Below, piece after piece: positions 10,693-19,310 of a stretch of DNA of 64,000 bases. Below the pieces are notes generated by a model. It did no database searches. It was given only the letters and a program-made list of their open reading frames with translations, and was not told where the DNA came from. The stretch lies in contig JAZQWM010000018.1 in the NCBI GenBank assembly GCA_045632345.1, positions 201,194 to 265,193 of the forward strand, in the 5' to 3' direction. The position numbers were made by a program, and so were the translations under genes. The stretch's first letter is position 1, and each line of letters starts with the position of its first letter. This DNA comes from Eubacteriales bacterium. GTDB lineage: Bacteria > Bacillota > Clostridia > Oscillospirales > CAG-272.

Positions 10693-11098
10693 TAGCGTTC
10701 AAACCCTTTGATAAATTATTCAATACACCATTTATAAACGCTGGCGCACCATCTTCTGCATATTGCTTAGCAAATTCAACTGCTTCATTGATAGAAATTG
10801 CAGGAGCAAGCTCAGCATATACCATCTCATATGTACTTATTCTTAAAATTGATAAAGTCGCTTTGGAAAGTCTTTCAATCTTCCAACCGCTTAAATATTG
10901 TGAAATTTTTTCATCAATAGCTTCGATATTATCGCAAATACCTAAAAACAAGCTTTTAACGCTTTCTGTTTCATCGTCCTCGCAAATAAAATTGTCATAG
11001 GACGTATTGTAATAATCAGCTGCGCTTTCTTCCTTGTTAAATTGATAGCCAAATAGAAGCTCAAATGCATATTTTCTTATTTTTCTTTTTCCTAACAT
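10685..11098 (-). CDS. nusB: transcription antitermination factor NusB
   Basis: 137 aa; helical NusB pattern (RKYAFELLFGYQF ... INEAVEFAKQY ... FINGVL). First gene behind the promoter at 11132-11160. Confidence 0.88.
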   Translation of the reverse strand: MLGKRKIRKYAFELLFGYQFNKEESAADYYNTSYDNFICEDDETESVKSLFLGICDNIEAIDEKISQYLSGWKIERLSKATLSILRISTYEMVYAELAPAISINEAVEFAKQYAEDGAPAFINGVLNNLSKGLNANA

Positions 11099-11131
11099 AA
11101 TAATTTCCTTATAATATAATTTACTATAATA

Positions 11132-11160
11132 ATTATATATTCATATTTCAATATTGTCAA
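11132..11160 (-). promoter_or_regulatory. sigma-A-type promoter of the nusB...dnaE gene train
   Basis: Reverse strand TTGACA (11160-11155), 17 nt, TATAAT (11137-11132). Confidence 0.65.
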
Positions 11161-11221
11161 GTGAAAATATTCATTTTTTATGCATATTTTTCAATTTTTG
11201 TAAATAAATTCACCAAACTTC

Positions 11222-11250
11222 TTGAAAAAGTTATCATTTTGTGATATCTT
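11222..11250 (+). promoter_or_regulatory. possible promoter of the membrane-protein gene
   Basis: TTGAAA, 17 nt, TGa-TATCTT; weaker -10. Confidence 0.35.
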
Positions 11251-11280
11251 TATTGTATATTAAATTTCAAAGAGGAACTC

Positions 11281-11886
11281 ATGAATAAATTATTTAAAAA
11301 CTTAATAAATTTATCCTGTCTTTTTTATACAATTTCTTCATTATTTTTAAATTTTTTACCATGGCTATTTTCTAAAAACAATCAAAGCACCATGTTGAAA
11401 ATTTGGGCGAATTTTATTATACTTCTTTTTTGTATGATAATCAGTACGGTTATTTCATGTAAAAATAGAAAAAAAGAGAAAATTATTAGTAAAAAAGCTA
11501 GCTTTATCTTTTATGGATGCATTATATACACAATAACTTTCTTTATTTTGAATATTACTCAATATATCATTCAAAAAAATAACTTTTGGAACGGGTATAC
11601 ACTTCTAATTATTTTGTTATTCAGCTTAGTTTGTTCTCTTCTAGCCTACAACGTTAAATTTAAAAGTTACCTTACCACTTGCATATTCAATTTTTTTATA
11701 ATCGGTTTTTTTTATTATATCATTTTTGTGGTTAAAGCTGAATATTCAAAAGGTAACTCACTAATTATTTCATTAGGCATTTATTTTATTATTTTTGCTT
11801 TATCTGCATTTGTTTATTACCTATTAATAAAGAAAAAACAGAAAAACAAAAACTATGAAAAATCATATAAAAATTTATTTTCATAA
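11281..11886 (+). CDS. hypothetical polytopic membrane protein
   Basis: 201 aa with about six hydrophobic helices and a Lys-rich tail. AGAGGA RBS; stop immediately followed by the hairpin terminator. No family recognised. Confidence 0.55.
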   Translation: MNKLFKNLINLSCLFYTISSLFLNFLPWLFSKNNQSTMLKIWANFIILLFCMIISTVISCKNRKKEKIISKKASFIFYGCIIYTITFFILNITQYIIQKNNFWNGYTLLIILLFSLVCSLLAYNVKFKSYLTTCIFNFFIIGFFYYIIFVVKAEYSKGNSLIISLGIYFIIFALSAFVYYLLIKKKQKNKNYEKSYKNLFS

Positions 11887-12337
11887 AAAATGGCAGATTA
11901 AATCTGCCATTTTTTCTATTATCTATATATTTTTTTAAAAGCAACGTATGAATAATCGGATATGTTAAATTTTTATTTGGAAATTCGTCAAAAAACTCAA
12001 TTTTCTCAATTTCACTGCTTATTTCGTTAAATTCATAAATTTCAGCATAATATAACATTCCAAATGACTCTTCGTTTGTAGAAATTATTCCATCGTTCCC
12101 ATTTACAGAATATGGACAAATTTTCCTAATTTCAAATAAACTAGCACCAGTTTCTTCAAATAACTCTCTTTTAGCAGCATCAAAAACATTTTCACAAATT
12201 TCACGGTGTCCACCGGGTATTTCAAACGTCCTTCTATTTTTATGCTTGCATAGTACGAATTTACCATTATGCTTTGCAATAATTACTACAAATTTAATTT
12301 TAAAATCGTCAATTTCATTATAAAACTTAATTTCCAT
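11789..12337 (-). CDS. Nudix hydrolase with an anomalous C-terminal extension
   Basis: Perfect Nudix box GHREICENVFDAAKRELFEETGA (G-x5-E-x7-REUxEExGU). Likely start is MEIKFYNE (12337), preceded by AGGA. There is no in-frame stop until 11789, so the ORF reads through the terminator hairpin and 98 nt of the convergent gene. Confidence 0.7.
   Translation of the reverse strand: MEIKFYNEIDDFKIKFVVIIAKHNGKFVLCKHKNRRTFEIPGGHREICENVFDAAKRELFEETGASLFEIRKICPYSVNGNDGIISTNEESFGMLYYAEIYEFNEISSEIEKIEFFDEFPNKNLTYPIIHTLLLKKYIDNRKNGRFNLPFFMKINFYMIFHSFCFSVFSLLIGNKQMQIKQK
11885..11915. terminator. bidirectional intrinsic terminator
   Basis: AAAAAA-TGGCAGAT-taa-ATCTGCCA-TTTTTT, immediately after the plus-strand gene stop (11884-11886). 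Confidence 0.7.
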
Positions 12338-12357
12338 TATAAATCCTATCTGCATTT

Positions 12358-12972
12358 TCAATCATTTGCTTTATTGTCAAAAAGCTTTAATGATGATACT
12401 GTTGTAACGTAAACGGAAGACGCGCTAAAATTTTTATTTTTTAATGAAATAAATATTCCACTATCAAGATTTCTAAAATTTGGTTTTCCTGAAAATAAAA
12501 CAATTACTGTTTCATCATTTTCTTTAATAGGTTTTACCAAAGATGATTTTACACTACTTGGTCTTACAACGCCGCCAAATGGATATAATTGTTCTCTGTA
12601 TATTGTACCGTCATCCTCTAAATGAATAATTGTTGACTTAGAAATAGATTTTTTTATTTTATATATGGCGTATTTTTGACAGTTATACTCAAACTTGATA
12701 TATTTATAGTTTTCAGTTTCATTTATAACCTTGCCAAATTTAATATAGTAATTATATAGTGAGAGGTTCTTCTCTTCTTTACATTCCATTACGTCAGATA
12801 CATCGCATTTTAGACATTCACAAATTTTTAAAATAGTTTCAGTAGTAACAATTTCGTTTTTGGAAAGCTTTGCTATGATTCGCGAACTTAATCCTGTTTC
12901 TTCCATAAGATCGGTCTTTGTCATGTTCTTTTCAATCATTTTTTTCCAAAGTTTAGAATAATCTATATACAT
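12358..12972 (-). CDS. XRE-family HTH protein with an unrecognised ~130 aa C-terminal domain
   Basis: N-terminal Cro/C1-type HTH (MTKTDLMEETGLSSRIIAKLSKNEIVTTETILKICECLKCDVSDVM). Its stop overlaps the first possible start of the Nudix ORF (TTGA). Confidence 0.75.
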   Translation of the reverse strand: MYIDYSKLWKKMIEKNMTKTDLMEETGLSSRIIAKLSKNEIVTTETILKICECLKCDVSDVMECKEEKNLSLYNYYIKFGKVINETENYKYIKFEYNCQKYAIYKIKKSISKSTIIHLEDDGTIYREQLYPFGGVVRPSSVKSSLVKPIKENDETVIVLFSGKPNFRNLDSGIFISLKNKNFSASSVYVTTVSSLKLFDNKAND

Positions 12973-12995
12973 AAAATCACATCCTTTCTACTTAA

Positions 12996-13024
12996 ATAAT
13001 ACCACAACACTTGTTATTTGTCAA
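12996..13024 (-). promoter_or_regulatory. sigma-A-type promoter of the XRE-Nudix pair
   Basis: Reverse strand TTGACA (13024-13019), 17 nt, TGg-TATTAT (13001-12996). Confidence 0.6.
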
Positions 13025-13093
13025 TAAATATTTACTTTAGTAAATAAATTTATGCAATTTATATAAATTTGGCAATCATATATATTAAAATAC

Positions 13094-13121
13094 AAAAGCA
13101 ACCTGTTAACAGGTTGCTTTT
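13094..13121 (-). terminator. rpsU terminator
   Basis: aaaaGCAACCTG-ttaa-CAGGTTGCtttt, 30 nt after the rpsU stop. Confidence 0.7.
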
Positions 13122-13151
13122 TGCATATAATTTGATTGTGAAGTGAAGCAA

Positions 13152-13328
13152 TTATTTAAACTTGCGCTTTCTTGCAGCTTCTGACTTCTTCTTTCTCTTA
13201 ACGCTTGGCTTTTCGTAGTGCTCTCTCTTACGGAGCTCCATGAGGACTCCAGATCTTGCACATTGACGCTTAAATCTACGAAGTGCGCTATCGAGTGATT
13301 CATTTTCCTTAACTCTGATTTCTGCCAT
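13152..13328 (-). CDS. rpsU: 30S ribosomal protein S21
   Basis: 58 aa, below the ORF-track cutoff. Hand translation: [69 protein letters not shown], own promoter and terminator. Confidence 0.9.
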   Translation of the reverse strand: MAEIRVKENESLDSALRRFKRQCARSGVLMELRKREHYEKPSVKRKKKSEAARKRKFK

Positions 13329-13375
13329 TTATATCCCTCCCCTCGCTTATAGCAAAGAGCTAAAATCTCTTTAGT

Positions 13376-13404
13376 ATTATATTACAAGAGTTAGCATTTG
13401 TCAA
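13376..13404 (-). promoter_or_regulatory. sigma-A-type promoter of rpsU
   Basis: Reverse strand TTGACA (13404-13399), 17 nt, TATAAT (13381-13376). Confidence 0.65.
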
Positions 13405-13431
13405 TAGAAAATTTGAATTTTTTTACTTTTT

Positions 13432-15834
13432 TTATTTTACTACAATATTTACAATTCTACCAGGCACGTAAATCTCTTTTACAATGGATTTACCCTCAAG
13501 CCCTTCTGCTACCTTTTCGTCTGCTTTTGCGCATGCAATAGCATCTTCTTTTGAAGAATCCTTAGCAATAGTAATAGTTGAACGAAGCTTGCCGTTTACT
13601 TGAACTGCTATTTCAATAGTATTTTCAACAGTCTTAGCCTCATCATATTCAGGCCATTTTTCAAGTGAGCAGAATGTAGCATTGCCCATATTTTCCCACA
13701 TTTCCTCAGTTAAGTGAGGTGCAAATGGATTTAAAAGCTTGATGAACGTTGTTAATTCATCCTTTGTTATTGTTCCGTATTCGTAAACCTCATTGATAAA
13801 TGCCATCATTGCAGCTATAGCTGTATTGAATTTCATATTATCAATATCGTATGTTACTTTTTTAATAAGCTTATGCATTGAAGCTTCAAGCTTTTCTGAA
13901 TATCCTTCGCCCTTCATAATTTCAGGTAAAGAAGCAACTTTGTCTAAGAAACGCTTACATCCTCTAATGCTTGCAGGATTCCAAGGAGCAGCCTTTTCAA
14001 AATCTCCAATAAACATTTCATAAAGACGAAGTGTATCAGAACCGTATTCTGCAATAACGTCATCTGGATTTACTACATTTCCTCTTGATTTAGACATTTT
14101 TTCGCCGTTTTCGCCAAGGATCATGCCGTGTGCAGTTCTCTTTTTATATGGCTCTTTACAGCTAATTATATCAATATCATATAAGAATTTTGCCCAGAAA
14201 CGTGAATAAAGCAAGTGAAGTGTTACGTGCTCCATACCACCGTTATACCAGTCTACAGGCATCCAATAATCAAGTGCCTCACGTGAAGCAAGCGCATTAT
14301 CATTGTGTGGATCACAATAGCGTAAGAAATACCATGATGAGCCAGCCCATTGTGGCATTGTGTCAGTTTCACGCTTAGCAGGCTTTCCGCAATGTGGACA
14401 TGTAGTATTTACCCAATCAGTAATCTTAGATAATGGAGATTCTCCTGTATCTGTTGGCTCATAATGCTCAACGTCAGGTAATTTAACAGGTAATTGGTCT
14501 TCTGGTACAGGAACCCAACCGCAATCATCACACCAAACCATTGGAACAGGCTCGCCCCAATATCTTTGACGTGAGAATACCCAGTCTCTTAATTTAAAGT
14601 TAACCTTAGAATGTCCCTTGCCGTTCTCTTCTAACCACTTGATGATTGCTTTCTTGGCATCAGCAACCTCAAGTCCGTTTAAGAACTCAGAATTGCAAAG
14701 TACACCTGTGGCAACGTCTGTAAATGCTGCCTCTTCAACATTACCGCCTGCAACAACCTCAATAATTGGAAGTCCAAATACCTTAGCAAAATCCCAGTCT
14801 CTTTCATCGTGTGCAGGTACCGCCATAATTGCGCCTGTACCATACGTTGCAAGAACGTAGTCAGAAATAAAGATAGGAATTTCCTTTCCGTTTACAGGGT
14901 TTATAGCCTTAACGCCATCAAGGCAAACACCGGTTTTATCCTTAACAAGCTCAGTTCTTTCAAAATCTGATTTCTTTGAAGCTTCAATTTGATATTTTGT
15001 TACTTCTTCAATATTTTTAATGTTGTTTTTCCATTTTTCAATTAAAACGTGCTCAGGAGACATAACCATGTATGTTGCGCCAAAAAGCGTATCAGGGCGT
15101 GTTGTATAAACAGTTACTTCATCGCCAAGTGTAGTGCTGAAATTAACCTCAGCTCCTTCACTTCTGCCAATCCAGTTGATTTCTTGAGTTTTGATTCTTT
15201 CAAGGAAGTCAAGACCATCAAGGTCATCAATAAGTCTTTGAGCGTATTCAGTAATTTTAAGCATCCATTGGCTCTTTACCTTGTGAACAACCTCACTTCC
15301 GCATCTTTCACATACGCCGTTTACTACTTCTTCATTAGCAAGAACGCATTTACATGAGGTACAGAAGTTAACGCTCATTTCTTTCTTAAAAGCAAGACCC
15401 TTCTTGTAAAGCTGTAAAAATATCCATTGAGTCCACTTTACATATTTAGGATCAGTAGTGTTGATTTCTCTATCCCAGTCAAAGCTATAACCGATTGATT
15501 TTAATTGCTCCTTAAAATGTGCAATATTCTTTTCAGTTACAATACTTGGATGAATATGGTTTTTAATAGCGTAGTTTTCAGTAGGTAAGCCAAAAGCATC
15601 CCATCCCATTGGGAATAGAACGTTATATCCTTCCATTCTCTTTTTACGTGAAACTATATCCATCGCTGTATATGGTCTAGGATGGCCAATATGTAAGCCT
15701 TGTCCTGATGGATATGGGAATTCTATTAAAGTATAATATTTAGGCTTAGAATAGTCCTCAGATACCTTAAAAGCCTTTTTCTCATCCCATTTGTCTTGCC
15801 ATTTTTTATCAATGGCGCTAAATTCGTACTTCAT
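13432..15834 (-). CDS. leuS: leucine--tRNA ligase
   Basis: 800 aa; HIGH motif ([12 protein letters not shown]), KMSKS motif (KMSKSRGN), CP1 editing insertion. Confidence 0.95.
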   Translation of the reverse strand: MKYEFSAIDKKWQDKWDEKKAFKVSEDYSKPKYYTLIEFPYPSGQGLHIGHPRPYTAMDIVSRKKRMEGYNVLFPMGWDAFGLPTENYAIKNHIHPSIVTEKNIAHFKEQLKSIGYSFDWDREINTTDPKYVKWTQWIFLQLYKKGLAFKKEMSVNFCTSCKCVLANEEVVNGVCERCGSEVVHKVKSQWMLKITEYAQRLIDDLDGLDFLERIKTQEINWIGRSEGAEVNFSTTLGDEVTVYTTRPDTLFGATYMVMSPEHVLIEKWKNNIKNIEEVTKYQIEASKKSDFERTELVKDKTGVCLDGVKAINPVNGKEIPIFISDYVLATYGTGAIMAVPAHDERDWDFAKVFGLPIIEVVAGGNVEEAAFTDVATGVLCNSEFLNGLEVADAKKAIIKWLEENGKGHSKVNFKLRDWVFSRQRYWGEPVPMVWCDDCGWVPVPEDQLPVKLPDVEHYEPTDTGESPLSKITDWVNTTCPHCGKPAKRETDTMPQWAGSSWYFLRYCDPHNDNALASREALDYWMPVDWYNGGMEHVTLHLLYSRFWAKFLYDIDIISCKEPYKKRTAHGMILGENGEKMSKSRGNVVNPDDVIAEYGSDTLRLYEMFIGDFEKAAPWNPASIRGCKRFLDKVASLPEIMKGEGYSEKLEASMHKLIKKVTYDIDNMKFNTAIAAMMAFINEVYEYGTITKDELTTFIKLLNPFAPHLTEEMWENMGNATFCSLEKWPEYDEAKTVENTIEIAVQVNGKLRSTITIAKDSSKEDAIACAKADEKVAEGLEGKSIVKEIYVPGRIVNIVVK

Positions 15835-15849
15835 TGTCCTTGCTCCTTA

Positions 15850-16248
15850 TTATTCGGTTAATAAACCACTTATATCTATTTCTTCGGCATCTGCCCAAAG
15901 CTTTTCTAATTTATAAAAGTTTCTTGCTTCATTCGAAAACACATGAATGATAACGTCAAGACAGTCAATTACCTTCCACTCATCAGAGTCAGTACCCTGT
16001 AATCTAACGTGCTCAACTCCACCATTATTTAATTGATACTCAACTTCATCTGCAAGTGTTTTAATTTGTGTAGTTGAATTACCTGCACATATTACAAAAT
16101 AATCTGCAATTGTAGTTTTTTCATCAATTTTGAGTAGCTTAATATCACTTGCTTTTTTAATGTCAAGTACCTTAACTGCAGCTTGAGCAACCTTTAATGA
16201 ATCTGCGTTTAACAGTTCGCCTTCTTTAACATTATAAACAGCTTCCAT
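15850..16248 (-). CDS. rsfS: ribosomal silencing factor RsfS
   Basis: 132 aa; ADYFVICAGNSTTQ and WKVIDCLDVIIHVF motifs. Position after yqeK as in the Bacillus yqeI-nadD-yqeK-yqeL cluster. Confidence 0.85.
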   Translation of the reverse strand: MEAVYNVKEGELLNADSLKVAQAAVKVLDIKKASDIKLLKIDEKTTIADYFVICAGNSTTQIKTLADEVEYQLNNGGVEHVRLQGTDSDEWKVIDCLDVIIHVFSNEARNFYKLEKLWADAEEIDISGLLTE

Positions 16249-16257
16249 TTTTATCTC

Positions 16258-16899
16258 CTAATTATCTTTAAATACATCCTTGCAAGTTAAAAAGTAATTT
16301 CTTGCGTTGATAGTATCCTTATCTATTCTTTTGCCTTCATCAATTAAATTTTTAATAGTAAAATCAAATGATAAAACCATTGTTTTTCTTAATATATCAA
16401 TCTTTTCAGCATAAGTTTGAGCATTTTTAATGTTATCGTAAAAATAATTTCTTAATTTTACGCAATCCTCAAACGTGCGTGTATCCTCAATATAATCTGC
16501 TAAATAGATTATTGCTTCAAAAAGAGACATATTTTCTCTGCCGGTTGTATGATATAAGATTCCATTATAAATCTCATCATCAATAACGCTCTCGCTAAAT
16601 ATTCGCAAAGCAAATTCACACCCTGTTCTAGAATGTAAAAGCTTTGGTACTAAATTATCGGCATCAACGAAAAAGCCGTATTCTTCACAGAGTTCAAGGT
16701 GCTTTTCTGTACTAAAATCCTTAGTTATATCATGAAGCAATCCTGCAGTTCTAAGCTTTTCAGCTTTTTCGGGGATATATATTAGACCCAAATTATATGC
16801 TTCTCTTTCTACACCCAAAGTATGTGAAAATCTTTTTTCGCTCACGTAACACTTAATAATTTCTTTTATATTTTCATTAACGGTACACATATTACTCAT
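16258..16899 (-). CDS. yqeK: HD-domain bis(5'-nucleosyl)-tetraphosphatase YqeK
   Basis: RFSHTLGV and GLLHDITK HD motifs; overlaps nadD by 8 nt. Confidence 0.8.
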   Translation of the reverse strand: MSNMCTVNENIKEIIKCYVSEKRFSHTLGVEREAYNLGLIYIPEKAEKLRTAGLLHDITKDFSTEKHLELCEEYGFFVDADNLVPKLLHSRTGCEFALRIFSESVIDDEIYNGILYHTTGRENMSLFEAIIYLADYIEDTRTFEDCVKLRNYFYDNIKNAQTYAEKIDILRKTMVLSFDFTIKNLIDEGKRIDKDTINARNYFLTCKDVFKDN

Positions 16900-17503
16900 C
16901 TTTATAAAGACTGTTTTCTTTAATATATTCTAAAACTTCACTATTTAACATGCTTGAAGCGTCATTGCCATTATTTATGGCTGCTCTAACCATGCTGGAT
17001 GATAACTCAACAGGCTTAGCTTCAATATTCAAAATATTGGCGTTAAAACACTTTTTATAATGTTCTATTTTATTTGATATAAGCTGGTCATTTTCAACTT
17101 CACTTTCACGACGAATATAAACAATCGTAGCATTGTTGAAAATATATTCAGGCTTATACCACATATCAAGGGTTAAAAGCATATCAGTTCCACATAAAAA
17201 ATACAAGTCATCATATCCAAAGGATTTTAGTTCTCTAATTGTATCGGCTGTATAGCTTTTTCCTTCTCTTTTGACTTCAATATCCGAAATACATATTTTT
17301 TCAGAAATTGAAGCAAAAGCAAGCTTTGACATTTCAAGTCTTTGTTCTGTTGTGGTTTTAGATTTAATTTGCTTATGAGGTGGAACACTAGCAGGAATAA
17401 CAAGCAATTTATCAAGCTTTATTTCTTCCAAAAACAAAGTGCACATGTTTATGTGTCCTAAGTGCGGTGGATTAAAGGTTCCACCAAAGATTCCAACTCT
17501 CAT
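16892..17503 (-). CDS. nadD: nicotinate-nucleotide adenylyltransferase
   Basis: GIFGGTFNPPHLGH nucleotidyltransferase motif and C-terminal SSSMVR. Confidence 0.9.
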   Translation of the reverse strand: MRVGIFGGTFNPPHLGHINMCTLFLEEIKLDKLLVIPASVPPHKQIKSKTTTEQRLEMSKLAFASISEKICISDIEVKREGKSYTADTIRELKSFGYDDLYFLCGTDMLLTLDMWYKPEYIFNNATIVYIRRESEVENDQLISNKIEHYKKCFNANILNIEAKPVELSSSMVRAAINNGNDASSMLNSEVLEYIKENSLYKDE

Positions 17504-17802
17504 CTTATTTTGTCAATATTTATTGTTCTATTTTTTTCATATTCAGAAACTTTAAATAAAACAATTTTTAGTCCGATTGTCTGAACTACATCAGCACCTG
17601 TACCCTTTGCAACAAGCTCAGCTGTTTCCTTTAAGCTTGTAGGACAGGTTTCTAAAATTTTAATTTTTATTAATTCTCTTGCATTTAATGCATTTAAAAG
17701 CTGTGCGCATATTTCGTCGGTAACACCTGACTTGCCAATTTGAAATATGGTATCGAGCTTCATTGCAAGACCTTTTAAATATGATCTTTGTTTACTTGTC
17801 AT
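17500..17802 (-). CDS. yhbY: YhbY/CRM-domain RNA-binding protein
   Basis: 100 aa; LTSKQRSYLKGLA...IFQIGKSGVT is the CRM-domain signature. Confidence 0.8.
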   Translation of the reverse strand: MTSKQRSYLKGLAMKLDTIFQIGKSGVTDEICAQLLNALNARELIKIKILETCPTSLKETAELVAKGTGADVVQTIGLKIVLFKVSEYEKNRTINIDKIR

Positions 17803-18397
17803 TTAGCACCTGCTTTAATTTCTTTACAAATTGCTTAATTGCTATTGCTCTATGGCTAACCTCGTTTTTCTTTGAAAGCTCTACCTCAGCAAAGGTTTTT
17901 CCAAATGGCTCGTAGTAGAATAACGGATCATAGCCAAAACCACCGTCGCCCTGGCGCTCTGTTAAAATTTTTCCATAGCATTCTCCACGAACAACAAAAT
18001 CCTTTGAATGGTCAGGAAAGACACAAGCCATAGTACAAACATACTTTGCGCTTCTGTTATCCTTACCTTCAAGCTCTTTTAAAAGTAGGTCGTTATTATC
18101 CTCATCATCGCCACCTGAATATCTTGCAGAATAAACACCAGGCGCGCCCTTTAAAGCGTCAACACAAAGACCTGAATCATCAGCTATACCAATAAATCCA
18201 AGCTTTGCAGGAACAGAAGCTTTTGTAATTGCATTTTCCTCAAAAGTAGTTCCATGTTCTTCAATATCGTTATAGTAACCGATATCATCAAGAGATAAAA
18301 CAGAAACGTCTTTATCAAGCTCAGCAGAAAGCAATTTTCTTAATTCTTCAATTTTCTTTTTATTTCTAGAAGCTAAAACTAATTTAATCATAATCAA
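17792..18397 (-). CDS. rdgB: non-canonical purine NTP pyrophosphatase (RdgB/HAM1)
   Basis: LASRNKKKIEEL, FEENA, DDSGLCVDAL.GAPGVYSARY and GFGYDP motifs. Confidence 0.88.
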   Translation of the reverse strand: MIMIKLVLASRNKKKIEELRKLLSAELDKDVSVLSLDDIGYYNDIEEHGTTFEENAITKASVPAKLGFIGIADDSGLCVDALKGAPGVYSARYSGGDDEDNNDLLLKELEGKDNRSAKYVCTMACVFPDHSKDFVVRGECYGKILTERQGDGGFGYDPLFYYEPFGKTFAEVELSKKNEVSHRAIAIKQFVKKLKQVLNDK

Positions 18398-19299
18398 TCG
18401 AATAACGCATTTATAAAATCATTTGCGTCAAACTTCTCCATGTCGTCTATTTGTTCGCCAACACCAATGTACTTTACAGGAATATTAAGCTCATTCTTGA
18501 TAGAAAAAACTATTCCGCCCTTTGCAGTACCATCAAGCTTAGTAAGAACTAAGCCTGTAATATTGGCTGCGTTTTTGAACTCTTTAGCTTGATTTACTGC
18601 GTTTTGACCTGTAGTCGAATCAAGAACTAACAACGTTTCTCTATTAGCGTTAGGTAATTCTCTTGAAATAACTCTGTCAATCTTAGCAAGCTCATTCATG
18701 AGATTTTTCTTATTGTGTAAGCGACCTGCCGTATCAATAATAAGAGCATCTGCATTTCTCTTTTTAGCAGCATTGATTGCATCAAATACAACTGCTGCAG
18801 GATCTGAACCTTCTGTGTGTTTAATCAAATCAACACCAGCTCTATCAGTCCATACGTTTAATTGATCGATAGCTGCAGCTCTGAAGGTATCAGCAGCTGC
18901 AACAACAACCTTCTTTTTGTCTTTTTTAAGGGAAGCGGCAATTTTACCGATTGTAGTTGTTTTGCCGACTCCATTTACACCAATAATGAGAATCACGGTC
19001 ATTTCATCATTGAATGGAATTTCTCCACTCTCACCAATCATTTCAAGCATGATTTCTTTAAGAGCTGTCTTAACGTCATCACTATCCTTGATTTTATTTT
19101 CTTTGATTTCTTCACGAAGGCTATCTAAAATCATCTCTGTTGTATAAGCACCAACGTCGGCGCATATAAGGATTTCTTCAAGCTCCTCCATTAAATCCTC
19201 ATCAACCTTTCTTAAGCTTTTAAAAAGGTCTGAAAAAGGCTTGAAAATAGCATTTTTAGTTTTTTGTAAGCCTCTTTTTAATTTTTCAAAAAATGACAT
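18394..19299 (-). CDS. ftsY: signal recognition particle receptor FtsY
   Basis: NG domain only: GVNGVGKTTTIGK, DTAGR, TKLDGTAKGG. Confidence 0.92.
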   Translation of the reverse strand: MSFFEKLKRGLQKTKNAIFKPFSDLFKSLRKVDEDLMEELEEILICADVGAYTTEMILDSLREEIKENKIKDSDDVKTALKEIMLEMIGESGEIPFNDEMTVILIIGVNGVGKTTTIGKIAASLKKDKKKVVVAAADTFRAAAIDQLNVWTDRAGVDLIKHTEGSDPAAVVFDAINAAKKRNADALIIDTAGRLHNKKNLMNELAKIDRVISRELPNANRETLLVLDSTTGQNAVNQAKEFKNAANITGLVLTKLDGTAKGGIVFSIKNELNIPVKYIGVGEQIDDMEKFDANDFINALFD

Positions 19300-19310
19300 A
19301 ATATCTCCTA

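Noticed and set aside
13106-13303. 65-aa ORF from the track
   Set aside because: It shares the strand of a clean rpsU gene (13152-13328) but reads in a different frame. rpsU has an RBS, promoter and terminator and an unmistakable S21 sequence. The ORF product is low-complexity with no start context.
13329-13431. Possible T-box or riboswitch leaders for leuS, glnS, gltX, proC
   Set aside because: leuS and glnS start 15 and 9 nt after the preceding gene. The gltX and proC 5'UTRs are about 20-30 nt from their -10 elements. There is no room for a 200-nt T-box or riboswitch.
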